Shown: piece after piece, positions 1 to 10,900 of the stretch
Layout: each line of letters begins with the position of its first letter
Numbering within the stretch: position 1 is the first letter of the stretch
Source: an archaeon GW2011_AR10
GTDB lineage: Archaea; Iainarchaeota; Iainarchaeia; Iainarchaeales; GW2011-AR10
Reading direction: 5' to 3'
NCBI GenBank assembly: GCA_000830275.1
Contig: CP010424.1
Location: forward strand, 870,001-902,000
Length of the DNA stretch: 32,000 nt
Program-made: the position numbers and the translations under genes
Notes under the pieces: generated by a model
The model's input: only the letters and a program-made list of their open reading frames with translations
Databases searched by the model: none
What the model was told of the DNA's origin: nothing

Positions 1-1923
1 CCTTGTGTCGCCTAGGAAGTCAGCATCATTGTAATTGAATATCACGTTGAACTGGTTAAAGCCTATTACAAGGCTCTGCAATGCCTCATTGTTTAACTCG
101 TTTAGTTCCGGCACAGAATTGGATGGGTCAATTACGAGCTTCAATTCGTTTACTCCGAAGAAATCGTTTGTGTCCTCAACAGAAAAATAGATTTCAGCTG
201 AGCCATCGGTTTCAAGCCCTGCAATTGTTACTGAGTCAACCAGCTGGTTGTTCAAAAGCAGGACAACATCAAAAGAGGCGGCATTGGAAACGCCTGCATT
301 CTTTACTGTTGCACTGACATTCAAGGGCTTTCCGACAACAGAAAACGAGGGAATGTTTTTTTGAGTGAAAATCAACTCTGAAAGAAGCACGCAGTCCTCG
401 TCAATCAAATCGTCATTGTCGTCATCCTTGAAATTACCGCAGATTTCAACGCACTTTATTCTGTGCGGTGGAATAACAGCATACCACGCATCAGTATATA
501 CCCTTGAACTGTTTCCTAAACCATCATAAGCATAAGTGTTTGAGTAAAAGAAAACCTCTCCTGAAACAGGGCCAATTGTGCCGGTAAACTTTTCCCCGCT
601 CTTTGACAGGAAAACAGTTTCATCTTTAGAGGTTCTTCCAAAGCGGTAAAACACTTTAGCTGTTTCAACTGTAGCTCCCTCAACAGGGGTTAGCTCAACA
701 TCAATAAAGAAAGCAGAATAATTGTCATTAGGCCTTGCCTCAAACTCCACGCTTTCAATCAGCTTAACTTTTTGGCTGGGAAGCGGGGGCCTGAATGCCT
801 CGTCCTCGTCAACAGGCAAAAAGAACTGCAGGTTAACAATGCTGCCGTCAATGTCCATAAAATTGTAGTACACTGTGTCTGCATCAGAAAATGAAGCATT
901 CAGGGTTTGCCCCTGCTTTACATTGGTGAAACTGAACTGCTGTGAGGAAGAGCCCCTTACAACAAAAACGTCAACAAACCCAATGCTGTCATCATTGTCA
1001 TACACGCTTGTTGCAACAAGCTGGCCGCTCTGGTTAACAATTTTAATCCATGAAAACTGGCTGCTTCCCTGCAGCAGAATCACTGGTGCATTTCCCTCAT
1101 TTGCCAAATTAATTGTTTCGCTAATTTCTTCGTTGATTATTGCTGAATCAAATGATGCTGCTTCAAACTGGATTGTTGGAGTCTCTGTCACAGTTGATGG
1201 GGCAGCTGAAGCAGGAACCCCGATTAAGGCGCAGGCTGCAACATCAGACGCAATTAAATGGTAAACTGTTGAGCCAAAGCCGGAGGTAACTTTTTTCCCA
1301 GAAGAATTGTAAACTGTTATGCCACTGTAAGGGTAAATTTTTCCGGTGAACGGCCCGGCTGTTGCAGTGAAAGTGTCGCCGTTTTTAATCATCGGGACAC
1401 TTGTTCTTGTTCCGCTTTTAGTGAAACTGTAAAAAAACACTGCCCTTTCAGCTGAAAAAGCGGAATTAATGTCAGCTGAAACATCAAGATAAAAGCTTCT
1501 GTTCCCCTCGGCAAGCCTTGGAGTGATTGTTTTGCCCAAAAACACTTTCGGCTTTGGCTGCACTGGAGTAGGCTCTTCCGGGGGCTGCGGGTTCAGAACA
1601 AAAATGAAGTACTGCAGGTTAACAATTGCCCCGTCATTGTCCATAAAATTGTAGTAAATGCTTGAATCAGAAGAAAATGCAACATCAAACACTGTTCCTT
1701 CTTCAACTCCTGAAAACTGGTAACGGTTAACTGAGCCGGAAGAAGCAATAAAAATGTCCACCAAACCAATGCTGCCGTCATCATCAAACACGTTTGTGGC
1801 CACAAGTTCTGGGCCCTGAACTTCAATCTGAATCTGTGAAAATTCTTGTGCATGCGCTGCACTAGGCAAAACCAAGGCCAAAAGCACTGCAATCAAAGCA
1901 TGTTTTATTGATTCTCTGTCCAT
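1..1923 (-). CDS. Secreted repeat protein with a CARDB-like domain. The 5' end is complete and the 3' end runs off the left window edge. It is not in the supplied ORF track.
   Basis: Hand translation of the minus strand. ATG at 1923..1921 gives MDRESIKHALIAVLLALVLPSAAHA/QEF (signal peptide with an AxA site), and the frame stays open for 641 codons to position 1. There are two ~262-aa internal repeats (nt offset 786, e.g. 826 vs 1612). A CVEICGNFKDDDDNDDLIDEDC motif is followed by a CARDB-like end motif, DPSNSVPELNELNNEA. The listed 99-aa ORF at 1593..1892 is in a different frame. Confidence 0.8.
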   Translation of the reverse strand, partial: MDRESIKHALIAVLLALVLPSAAHAQEFSQIQIEVQGPELVATNVFDDDGSIGLVDIFIASSGSVNRYQFSGVEEGTVFDVAFSSDSSIYYNFMDNDGAIVNLQYFIFVLNPQPPEEPTPVQPKPKVFLGKTITPRLAEGNRSFYLDVSADINSAFSAERAVFFYSFTKSGTRTSVPMIKNGDTFTATAGPFTGKIYPYSGITVYNSSGKKVTSGFGSTVYHLIASDVAACALIGVPASAAPSTVTETPTIQFEAASFDSAIINEEISETINLANEGNAPVILLQGSSQFSWIKIVNQSGQLVATSVYDNDDSIGFVDVFVVRGSSSQQFSFTNVKQGQTLNASFSDADTVYYNFMDIDGSIVNLQFFLPVDEDEAFRPPLPSQKVKLIESVEFEARPNDNYSAFFIDVELTPVEGATVETAKVFYRFGRTSKDETVFLSKSGEKFTGTIGPVSGEVFFYSNTYAYDGLGNSSRVYTDAWYAVIPPHRIKCVEICGNFKDDDNDDLIDEDCVLLSELIFTQKNIPSFSVVGKPLNVSATVKNAGVSNAASFDVVLLLNNQLVDSVTIAGLETDGSAEIYFSVEDTNDFFGVNELKLVIDPSNSVPELNELNNEALQSLVIGFNQFNVIFNYNDADFLGDTR

Positions 1924-4900
1924 ATCGTCCACCAAATCAAGCTCAAGGAATTTATTCTCTCGTAATGCATTCTCCTGATAAAGCTTGGCTCAGTCCACCA
2001 CTTAACTCCGACATCGTTTACTTGCCCGTAAGCAGGAACAAGGCCCCTTTCAATGACATCAAATTCATGCACTGAGTAAAGCGAATTGTTCCTGTCAATC
2101 CTGAGGTTGTTAGTTGAAAGGCTCGACAAATTGGATGAAAGCTTGCTCGTTAACAGCACTTCATCTTCCCTGAACTCGCTTAAAGAAATCAGCTGCAGCA
2201 CTGATAGGTTGGCTCCGGCAACAGAATACTTGTAAGTGTTGTTTTGCCCTGATGCTGTTGAATTCCAGATGCTAACCCACAATGGCTCGTTCTGCAGGAA
2301 CTCATCGTAAGAGTAAAACAGTGCCGGATCAACAACATAAGTTATTGAAAGAATTTCATTGTTGGATTCGTTGCTTTCAGGCACTTCATCAAGCGGGTCA
2401 ACTACAACCCTTACTTCATTTTCCCCTTCAAATGCTGCTGAGTCAACGGAGAAGATAAATGCAGCGTTGGAGTCAATTGCCAGCGCTTCAAACTGCCCGG
2501 AATCAACCAGTTCATTGTTGAAATAAAGCGATAATGTGAATGGGGTTGAAGCGTTATCTCCCGGGTTTTTCACCATTCCTGAAACCATAATGTTTTCGCC
2601 GCTGAAAACAGATGACGGAATGTCCACATTTTCCAGTGTTAGGTCAGACAAAAGCAGCTCGATGAATATTTCTTCAACGTTGTCTGCCTCATTCACTTCA
2701 CTAATGTCTCCCTCCGAGTCAACGAATACATAGAAGTTTGTTGCCTCCTGGAAATAAGCAGCAATTCCTTCCTCTTTCTCTGCAAGCCTGAATACTGTGC
2801 CTATTGGCGCCTCCCAAACAAACTGCAGGGTTAGCTCGCCGTCCTTGGAAACCGCATCAATAAAGGTTACTGCAACACCGTTCCCTGAAAGCGCGTCCTT
2901 GAAGAACTCAACGTAGAAGTCCTCTGACTTTGCGTAATCTGACTTAACTATAACAGTGAACTCAACGCTGATCAAGTCCGTTCCAACGTAGGTTGGAGAG
3001 CCAATTTCAATTGATTTAATGTAAAGGTTCGGCAGGTTGCAGCCCTCATCAACCAGGCCATCGCCGTCATCGTCAGCATTGTTGTTGCAGATTTCTGGGC
3101 CGGCAAAGTAAATTGAAACCTGCGTTTCGTTGTTGGATTCATTGCTTTCAGCAACCGCGCCTGAATCATCAGCTGTTAACACAAACTCTTTTGTCTGATA
3201 CAGCCAGCCACTCATTTGAGGATTGGAAGAATTGAAAGCAATGTTGAATACAAGGCTTACCGCGTCTCCTGCACCCAAACCGTTAACTGTCTTTGATTCA
3301 GAGTACTTGTCTGGCCCTGTTCCCTTCTCCTTCAACTTAACAGTAAAAGAAGCATCAGTTTCGCCGGCATTATTGTAAACCGTTACAACAACTAAGCCAG
3401 TTGAACCATCATTAATTACTGAGGAAGCACTGGCCGAAATCGTTAAATCTGGAACTGACTCGCATGGAATGCTGCAGCATGCATCCGAATCAGTTGCACT
3501 CAAAAGCGTGCCCGAGCAGGTTTCAAAGGCACTGCAAATGAAACCATTCTGCTCTGCACAGGTCTGGATAGGCAAGGAACAGTCAGCCGGGCAAGTGGAA
3601 GTGGTTTCACTTCCAGTGCACTGGCCGTCGCCGCAAACATCCGCTGGCGGGCAAACACCGCAGTCAGCGGAGCAAGTTGAACAGTCTTCTCCTGTTTCAC
3701 ATGAGGCATTTCCGCAGACAGGCCCTGCAGGAGCACAGTCGCTTGGACAGTTGTTTTTGTTCTCTCCCGCCTCACAGGAACCATTGCCGCAGACAGGGCC
3801 ACCGCCGCCTCCTGTCTTCCTGAAGGTAACGCTGGCTTCAGAGCCATTGTAGTCAAGGTTGTCTGTTGCCCAAACATAAATTGTGTGGTTGCCGTTGCTG
3901 TAGCCGCTAAACACGTAGCTTGTGTTGGTTGAATTGTTTATTGTTGCGCCGGAATCAAGCCTTAACCAGTATGTTTTCACTCCTGAGCCAGTGCCATCGC
4001 TTCCAGTGTACTGCACTGTAATGCTTGAAGATGTTGTGTCAGAACCACTTGTTGGGGAAGAAATTGTTACGGTTGGAGCAGTTGAATCATAAACTGTTGA
4101 GTCATTAACAGTGCTTGATTCGTTGCCTTCAGAGTCCTTCACTTTTACATAAACTGTTTTTGTTCCATCGCCGGTTGAGCATCCAGCTCCTGTTGTAATG
4201 TCAAAGCTCGAGTAGGTTGAAACAAAGGCAATCCAGCTGCCAAATGTTGAATTGTTGCAGCTGAAAGCCATGTGAGAGGCATCACTTCCAGCGGAAATTG
4301 TAAGGGTTGGAGTTGAATCATTTGTGTAGCCAGAAGTATCAGTAATTGCAATTGAACTTAAGCTCGGGGCATTAGTGTCTTGGCCTAACCCCCACTGCGA
4401 CAAGTGGTTCAAGTCAGCTGTAACCTTTAGAGTGGTCAAGTTAACGGTTGACGGATACTTCACCCACTCTCCAGCATTAGTATCATAGAAGTACATTGAA
4501 ACCTTGTTTATGTCGGAAGCAGTGCAGCCATACAACGGAGCACTCCCTAAAGCATTATAGCAGTTCAGGGCAGCAACATTAATGTCAAGGGTCAAACTTG
4601 GCTTTGTTGCACCGAACGAAGTGCTGCTCGGCAATTCAATGTCATAAGCTTCAAGCATTGTTCCGCGGGTGAAAGGCCTGTAGTTTGTGTTTGCATCAAT
4701 TGTGATATTGTTGTCTGCTCCAAACAATCCTGAAGGAAAAGTGAAGTTAAAGTCTCCCCAAGCACTGGATATCTGCTGGTTAATTCCTCTTCCATCAGTT
4801 GGCACCTTGAAAGGGCTCTGCGTGTCAACAAAGCACTGAATGGCAGTGGAATCGGCATAGTTTCCTAAAGCATCATAGGTTCTAACCTTGTAGAAGTAAA

Positions 4901-7900
4901 CACCATCAGTTGAGCCAGAGTCAGCTCCAAACTTGCTGCTGCCAGTCAAGTAGTCGGAGCTCGGGGCATCAACGCAGCCGTTAATGCACACAAAGCTGGA
5001 GCCGAACTTCTGCTTGCAGAACTGGTTTTCCAAAGTGTCTGGGCAGTTCTCTCCCGGAGAGCAGATGCTGTCACCGCAAACAATAGTTACAGAGGTTACC
5101 TGCCTGCAACCTGTTTGGCTTGTTTCCGGGTTGCCGCAAACATAGTTGTTTCCATAGTTGCCGTTGCCTGAAGTGCTTGATGCGCGGCAAGCAGCATTGT
5201 CATAAGAGCAAAACTCGCCTTGCCCGCAAAAATTGTCACCGCATTTCAAGCAATCATTCTTGCAGCTGGTGTTGTCTTCGGTTGACTCACAAACCCCGTC
5301 ATTGTCACAAGTGCTTCCCACAACACCATCGCAGTCCTGCGGGCAAGTAGAAACTGTTTCGGTTCCACTGCACCAGCCGTCAACATAGCAGCCGGAACCG
5401 CTTCCGCTTGCAAAGCTCTGGCAGTCAGCGGAACAGCTCTGCGGGTTTTCATTGTAATTGCACGTGCCATTGCTGTTGCAGACACAGTCAATGCCTGCTG
5501 CCTCAAACCACTCGCAGAACCCATCACTTGTTGGAATGTTTGCTTGAGAACAATCAGCAGCACAATTGGTGGAGGTTTCACCAAAATTGCATATTCCGTT
5601 GCCGCAAATGCTGGAGTCCGGGCTTGATGAGCCGCCCTGAGCATAGTAGCCTTCTGTTTTCTGCACGCAGCCATTAACGCACCAGTAAGCTCCTGAAGTG
5701 TTATACCTTGCATCGCAGGCAGAGTCATCAGCTGCACAGTTTTCTCCAACAGAGCAAACACTGTCACCGCAGGTAATTGAAACAGAGCCGCTTGTTGCCT
5801 GGCAGCCGTTGCTGCAGCTGTAACCTTTAGGGCAGTCAAAGCTGTCTTCCGGGCAGAACTCTCCTTGAGTGCACCAGCCATCACCACAATTGCCGGTGAA
5901 ACCATAGCTTGAATAAAAGCTGGTTGTGTCGAAGGCATAGCTTGTGTAAGAATAGTTAAAGTAGTTGTCATCAGCATTATTCTGTTCGTTCAAAGTATTG
6001 TAGTTTGTTCCATCGACTGAAACCATTATCTCGTAGTGGTGTAATCCAGCATTGCTTGAGGGAGCAGTCCACTGCAAGTCAATGTTGGTGCCGTCAACAA
6101 CGCTTGGGCAGGCACTTAGGGTAACAGGCTGAATTGAAGCTTCCTGCAAAACATACTCTGTTTTTGGAATTTCATTGTTGCCGGCTCCGGAAACAGAGTA
6201 GAATTGTATGGCAAAGTTTCCGTCCTTCGAGAAAAGGAAGTTAACATCAAACACGTTGAAGTCAACCCCTGCTGTGCCGGTGTAAAAGCCGTCAGTTGCA
6301 TAAGTTGTTGGGTTGAATGAAATTGTGCTTGCTGGATTGGAGTCAAGCCTGAACCTTGTTGCACCTGAAGGACAACCGCTTCCTCCAGGAGGAGAGTAGT
6401 GAATCTTGAAATCATACAATGACATTGTGTAGAAAGAGCCACTCGCAGTTGACCTGTCCTGGAAGCGCACATTGAACTGGATGTACTGGTTTTCTGTGCC
6501 TATGGGGGAGTTAAATGAAGTGGTTTCGCTTGACCAAGAACCCCAACTGCTTCCATTGCTTGAAGTCCTGTATTTCACGAAAATGTCTTTGCCCTCAAAA
6601 GGATACTTCTGCGCATAATAATCGTAGCCGCTCCAGTTGACGGATGAGCCAGCATTGACAGTAATTGTAAGGTTAGCGTCCCTAATTCCGCTCTTCAATT
6701 GCACATTGCTGTTTATTACTTCAAGCTGGGCGGAATTGAAGTTGATTGTAACGCCTGATGGAGGGGTTGTTGTCCAGTGCGCCTGAGTGTAAATCAACAC
6801 ACTAGTGAAGGCTGATGTGCCTGTGCTGCAGGTAAAGTGAACGTTTGCATCCGTTTTCTGCCAGAACTTGTTGATATCGGATTGAGTGAAAGGAGCTACA
6901 TTCTCGTTAATGTAAGTGTCCGAAACAACCCCTGAGTAGAACTCTCCATCATATGCAACGCATTTAACTGTAGCAGTTCCTTCAGTGTTGAGGCCCTGCC
7001 CAACACAGTTGGCTCCAGCATAACCAGCAGAAGAAATTCCGGTTCGAGAACAAAATGATGCAGCGCCTGCAATCTGGGCTCCACTATCAAATGGAGGAGT
7101 GTCAGAGCAGTAAAAGTTCAGGTTGTCATTGTCTGGATCAGTTAAGCCTGCTGCAGTAACCTTAATGTCTTTATTGAGGCTTGCTGAGGAAACATTCAGG
7201 TCAATTGAAGTAATTGAAGGAGCAGCATTCCAGCTTGTTGTGAAGGAAACATCCAAATTGTTTGCGGAAGAGTTGCCGTTGCCTACCCCATCAACACAGG
7301 AAACATACCTGTTGATTGCCTGGCCGTTTGTGCTGATTCCTGTGAAGTCGCACCTCCACTGGCTTGTTCCGGAATTGAAAGAGCAGGCAGTGCCTGTTCC
7401 TACTGAATAATTCACATCAGTGGCATACCACCTGCAAGCTGAAACAGTTGAGCCTGCATCTGAAGCAGTAAACAAGAGGTTTGCATCACTGTCGTTGATT
7501 GTGTCAGCGTAAGGAGCAGTTGTGTCGCCTTCAATGCTGACAATGCTGAAAGAGCCGGGAGCAGTTGCATCACAGGTGAAGGAACCGCTAATGTAGTTTG
7601 CTGCAGCAGCCTCATTCAAGGAATCGAAGAGGAAAACATACCAGTTATGGCTGTCATTGTCACCTGCTTTGGAGTACTGGCAGGTTGGGTTGCTGCTTGA
7701 AGAAGTGTCAGAACATAAGCCGTTGCCGACAGAGCAGCCGGAAGAGGTTGCATCAGTTGCCTTGCAGGCATAAAACTTTAGGGTTTGCGAGTCAGCATCG
7801 GAGGCAGTGCTAGTGAACTTAATGTCTGCCGGGCATTTGATTGTGCCGGAAACGTTTTCATCAGCTGCTGTCAGGACAGGCAAGCGGTTAATGTTAATTG

Positions 7901-10900
7901 TTTTGCTAGCAGTGCTCTGCACGTTTCCAGCAGCATCGGTTGAGCTATAGCGCAGGTAGTTAACTCCCCTGTTTGAATCAGAAAAGGTCACTTGGCCCCC
8001 ATTGTCTATTACAGTTGACGGGGTGCAGTTGTTAGCAGTATAAGAGCAGAAGCTTGTTGTAATTGCAGCAGCAGCCGAAACATTGTCCGCTTCTGTGATT
8101 GTAACAGAATAGTTTGGAGCAGCAATTGCAGTGCTGGAATCATCACTTGTTGTTGGAACAGTCCAGTCAACACCGAAAGAAACTGATTGAGTGGAAGTTG
8201 CATTCCCAAGCGAGTCAGCGCAAGCATAATAGCGCGTGTAAGAAGCAGCCTGAGTCAATGCACCGAAGTCACAGGTTGCTGCCTGAGAGGTTGTCGTACA
8301 GTTACTGGCAAGGGAAGCGTAAGCAACATTTGCAGTATCCCATTTGCAGGTTACCCCTGCTTCCCCATTATTAATAACCAAATCCGTTCCAGAATCATTT
8401 GTTGAATCCCAGTAAGCAGCGGCAGTGTCACCATTCAAGTCAGCAATGCTTATGTCAGGGCCGGAGGTGTCAACAGTGAAACTGAAAGCAGTTCCATAGC
8501 TTCCAACATTGCCAACTGAATCAGTTGCCTTCATTCTCCAGTAAATTGTTGTTCCATTAGAGAAATTGGTGGTATACTCCGTTCCACCATAATCACAGTC
8601 AGCGCCAACATCCAAACCATTCAAATCTGAGAACTGGCTCAAAAAATTAGAAGCATCATCAACCTGCAAATAACAATTGCTCACAGTTTCACTCGGATTA
8701 GCAGTGAAATCAGGGTCAACATCATTGGTTGAGGAAGCATCCGCAGGGGTTTGCAAGGTTACAGTTGGAGCAGTTGAATCTGTTGTATAAGAGCCTGTCT
8801 TGTAGTTGCCGGGGGCAGGCTCGTTCAAGGAATTGAAAATGTAAGCATACCAGTTATGCGTGGTGTCATCGCTTTCAGCAGTCCAGCCGCAGCTTGGATT
8901 GGAAGCAGAGCCGGTTGAAGAGCAATAAGTGTCTGGTGCGCCGCCATCACAATCTGTTCCGGAAACACCAGTGCTCTTGCAGATAACAAGTTTGAGTGTT
9001 TGGGTTGCGTCAGCATCTGAAGCAACAGTGGTAATGGTAATGCTTGTTCCGCCCTTAATTGTTGGGTTGGAGTTGCCGATGTCGGCTGTTGCAGAAGTAA
9101 AGCCCGGCAACTGGTTGATGTTAATGGTTTTGCTGGCAGTGCTTTGAGTGTTGCCGGCAGCATCAACCGAATAATAACGCAAATAATTTAAGCCCCTGTT
9201 GCTTGCATCAAATGAAGCAGTGCCGCCATTGTCAATTGAGGTTGTGGGAGTGCAGCTGTTGTTGGTGTCCTTGCAGTAATAAGAGGTTGTGTCAGTTGAA
9301 TTTGAAACATTGTCCGCTTCAGTTAATGTAACAGTATAAGTTGGAGCAGCAATTGCAGTGCTGGAATCATCACTTGTTGTTGGAACAGTCCAATCAACGC
9401 CAAAGCTTACAGACTGAACAGTTGTATTATTGTCCAATGAATCCTTGCAAGCATAATATCTTGTGGCGGAAGCAGTTTGGGTAATTGCACCAAAGTCACA
9501 CCTGATGAAATTGCCGGAAGCAGCATTGCAATTGTTTGACAGCAAATCATAGTATGCTTTCGAAGTGGTGTCCCACTTGCATGTTACCCCTGCTTCGGCG
9601 CCATTAATGTTCAAATCCGTTCCGGAATCATTGGTTGAATCCCAGTAAGCAGCGGCAGTGTCACCATTCAAGTCAGCAATGCTTATGTCAGGGCCGGAGG
9701 TGTCAACAGTGAAACTGAAAGCAGTTCCATAGCTTCCAACATTGCCTGTGTCATCCGTTGCCTTCATTCTCCAGTAAATCGTTGTTCCATTAGAGAAATT
9801 GGTCGTGTACTCCGTTCCACCATAATCACAGTCAGCGCCAACATCCAAACCATTCAAATCTGAGAACTGGCTCAAAAAATTAGAAGCATCATCAACCTGC
9901 AAATAACAATTGCTCACAGTCTCAGAAGGAGCAGCAGTGAAATCAGGATCAACATCATTCGTGGTTGAAGTATCTGACGGACCCTGCAGGGTTACGGTTG
10001 GAGCAGTGTTGTCAACTTCGAAGGAGTTATCGCTTGAATCAATGTCATCCCCGGCATAAGAATCCCAGACATTAACGTCAATATAGAATGTGCCGTTTAT
10101 TCCTGTTGTGTTCCAGAGCCAAGAGCACGCCTTAGTTGTTGTAAAATTGGGGTCTTGGCCGCATGCACCTGTGACAAGGTTGAGGCTGCTTACAAGAGAG
10201 TTCTGTTTTCCTCCAGCAGAAGTTGAATACCATATCTGCGCGTTAAGGTCATCATCCTGCGCATCCTGAACCTCAAACACAATATTGTAATCCCCGTTGA
10301 CTTGGCTGATGCTGATTCCTGTATTGTTGGGGGCAGTTACCGCAATTGTTGGAGCGCTGTTGACTGAGCTGCTGCACGTTTCCGAGGAAAGGGCAGTTTC
10401 AGTGTTGTCACCATTCCTTGACTTTACCTTGAAGCAGTACTGAGTGTGGCCACTTAAGCCGGTAACAGTCTTAGTGCCCCAATTTGCGTTGGTCTGCCAG
10501 ATTTCGCTTGCTCCGAGAGAGCCGTTTGCCTGCACCCAAGGGTTGCCGGAACAATTAGCAGAAGAGCATTGAATGGCAAACTCTGTTGCAGCAGGGTTGC
10601 CGTTAACGTTAATTGTTACATCAAGCGAGGTTGGCTGGGCATTGCCCACTGTTGGGGCAGAAGGAACAGCTGCTAAAGTGTACTTGCAGGAACTGGCGCT
10701 TGCAGCGGAAGAATTGCTGGCAGCGTCCTTTGACTGGACAGTGTAACAGTACTGCGTGTTGGTGCTTAAACCTGTTACTGCTCTTGGGCTCGCTGCCCCC
10801 CAACCTGCTCCAGTGCCTGTGCCTGAAACGTTATAGGGTTGGGTTGCGTGCAAACCAGTTGTTGTGGTTGCGCCTTTTACCTCTTCAAAGTGCACATTGT

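Noticed and set aside
1593-1892. A 99-aa minus-strand ORF from the track
   Set aside because: It is in the wrong frame. The same region is covered by a 641-codon open frame (1..1923) that has a signal peptide, internal repeats and a CARDB-like domain.
5246-5977. A 243-aa ORF on the minus strand in an alternative frame inside the giant gene, plus the many 60-130-aa ORFs on both strands between 2536 and 18014
   Set aside because: All lie entirely within the 16.4-kb ORF. They have low-complexity Ala/Leu/Thr/Gln-rich or Cys/Arg-rich translations with no motifs. The absence of stop codons is explained by the biased codon composition of the Cys/Gly/Thr-rich regions. They are shadow ORFs.
7565-10004. 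Diversity-generating retroelement (template/variable repeat) as the explanation for the near-identical internal repeats
   Set aside because: Mismatches between the copies are not adenine-specific (e.g. aactgaatcagt vs tgtgtcatccgt). Both copies are in-frame parts of the same ORF, and no reverse transcriptase gene is present in the window.
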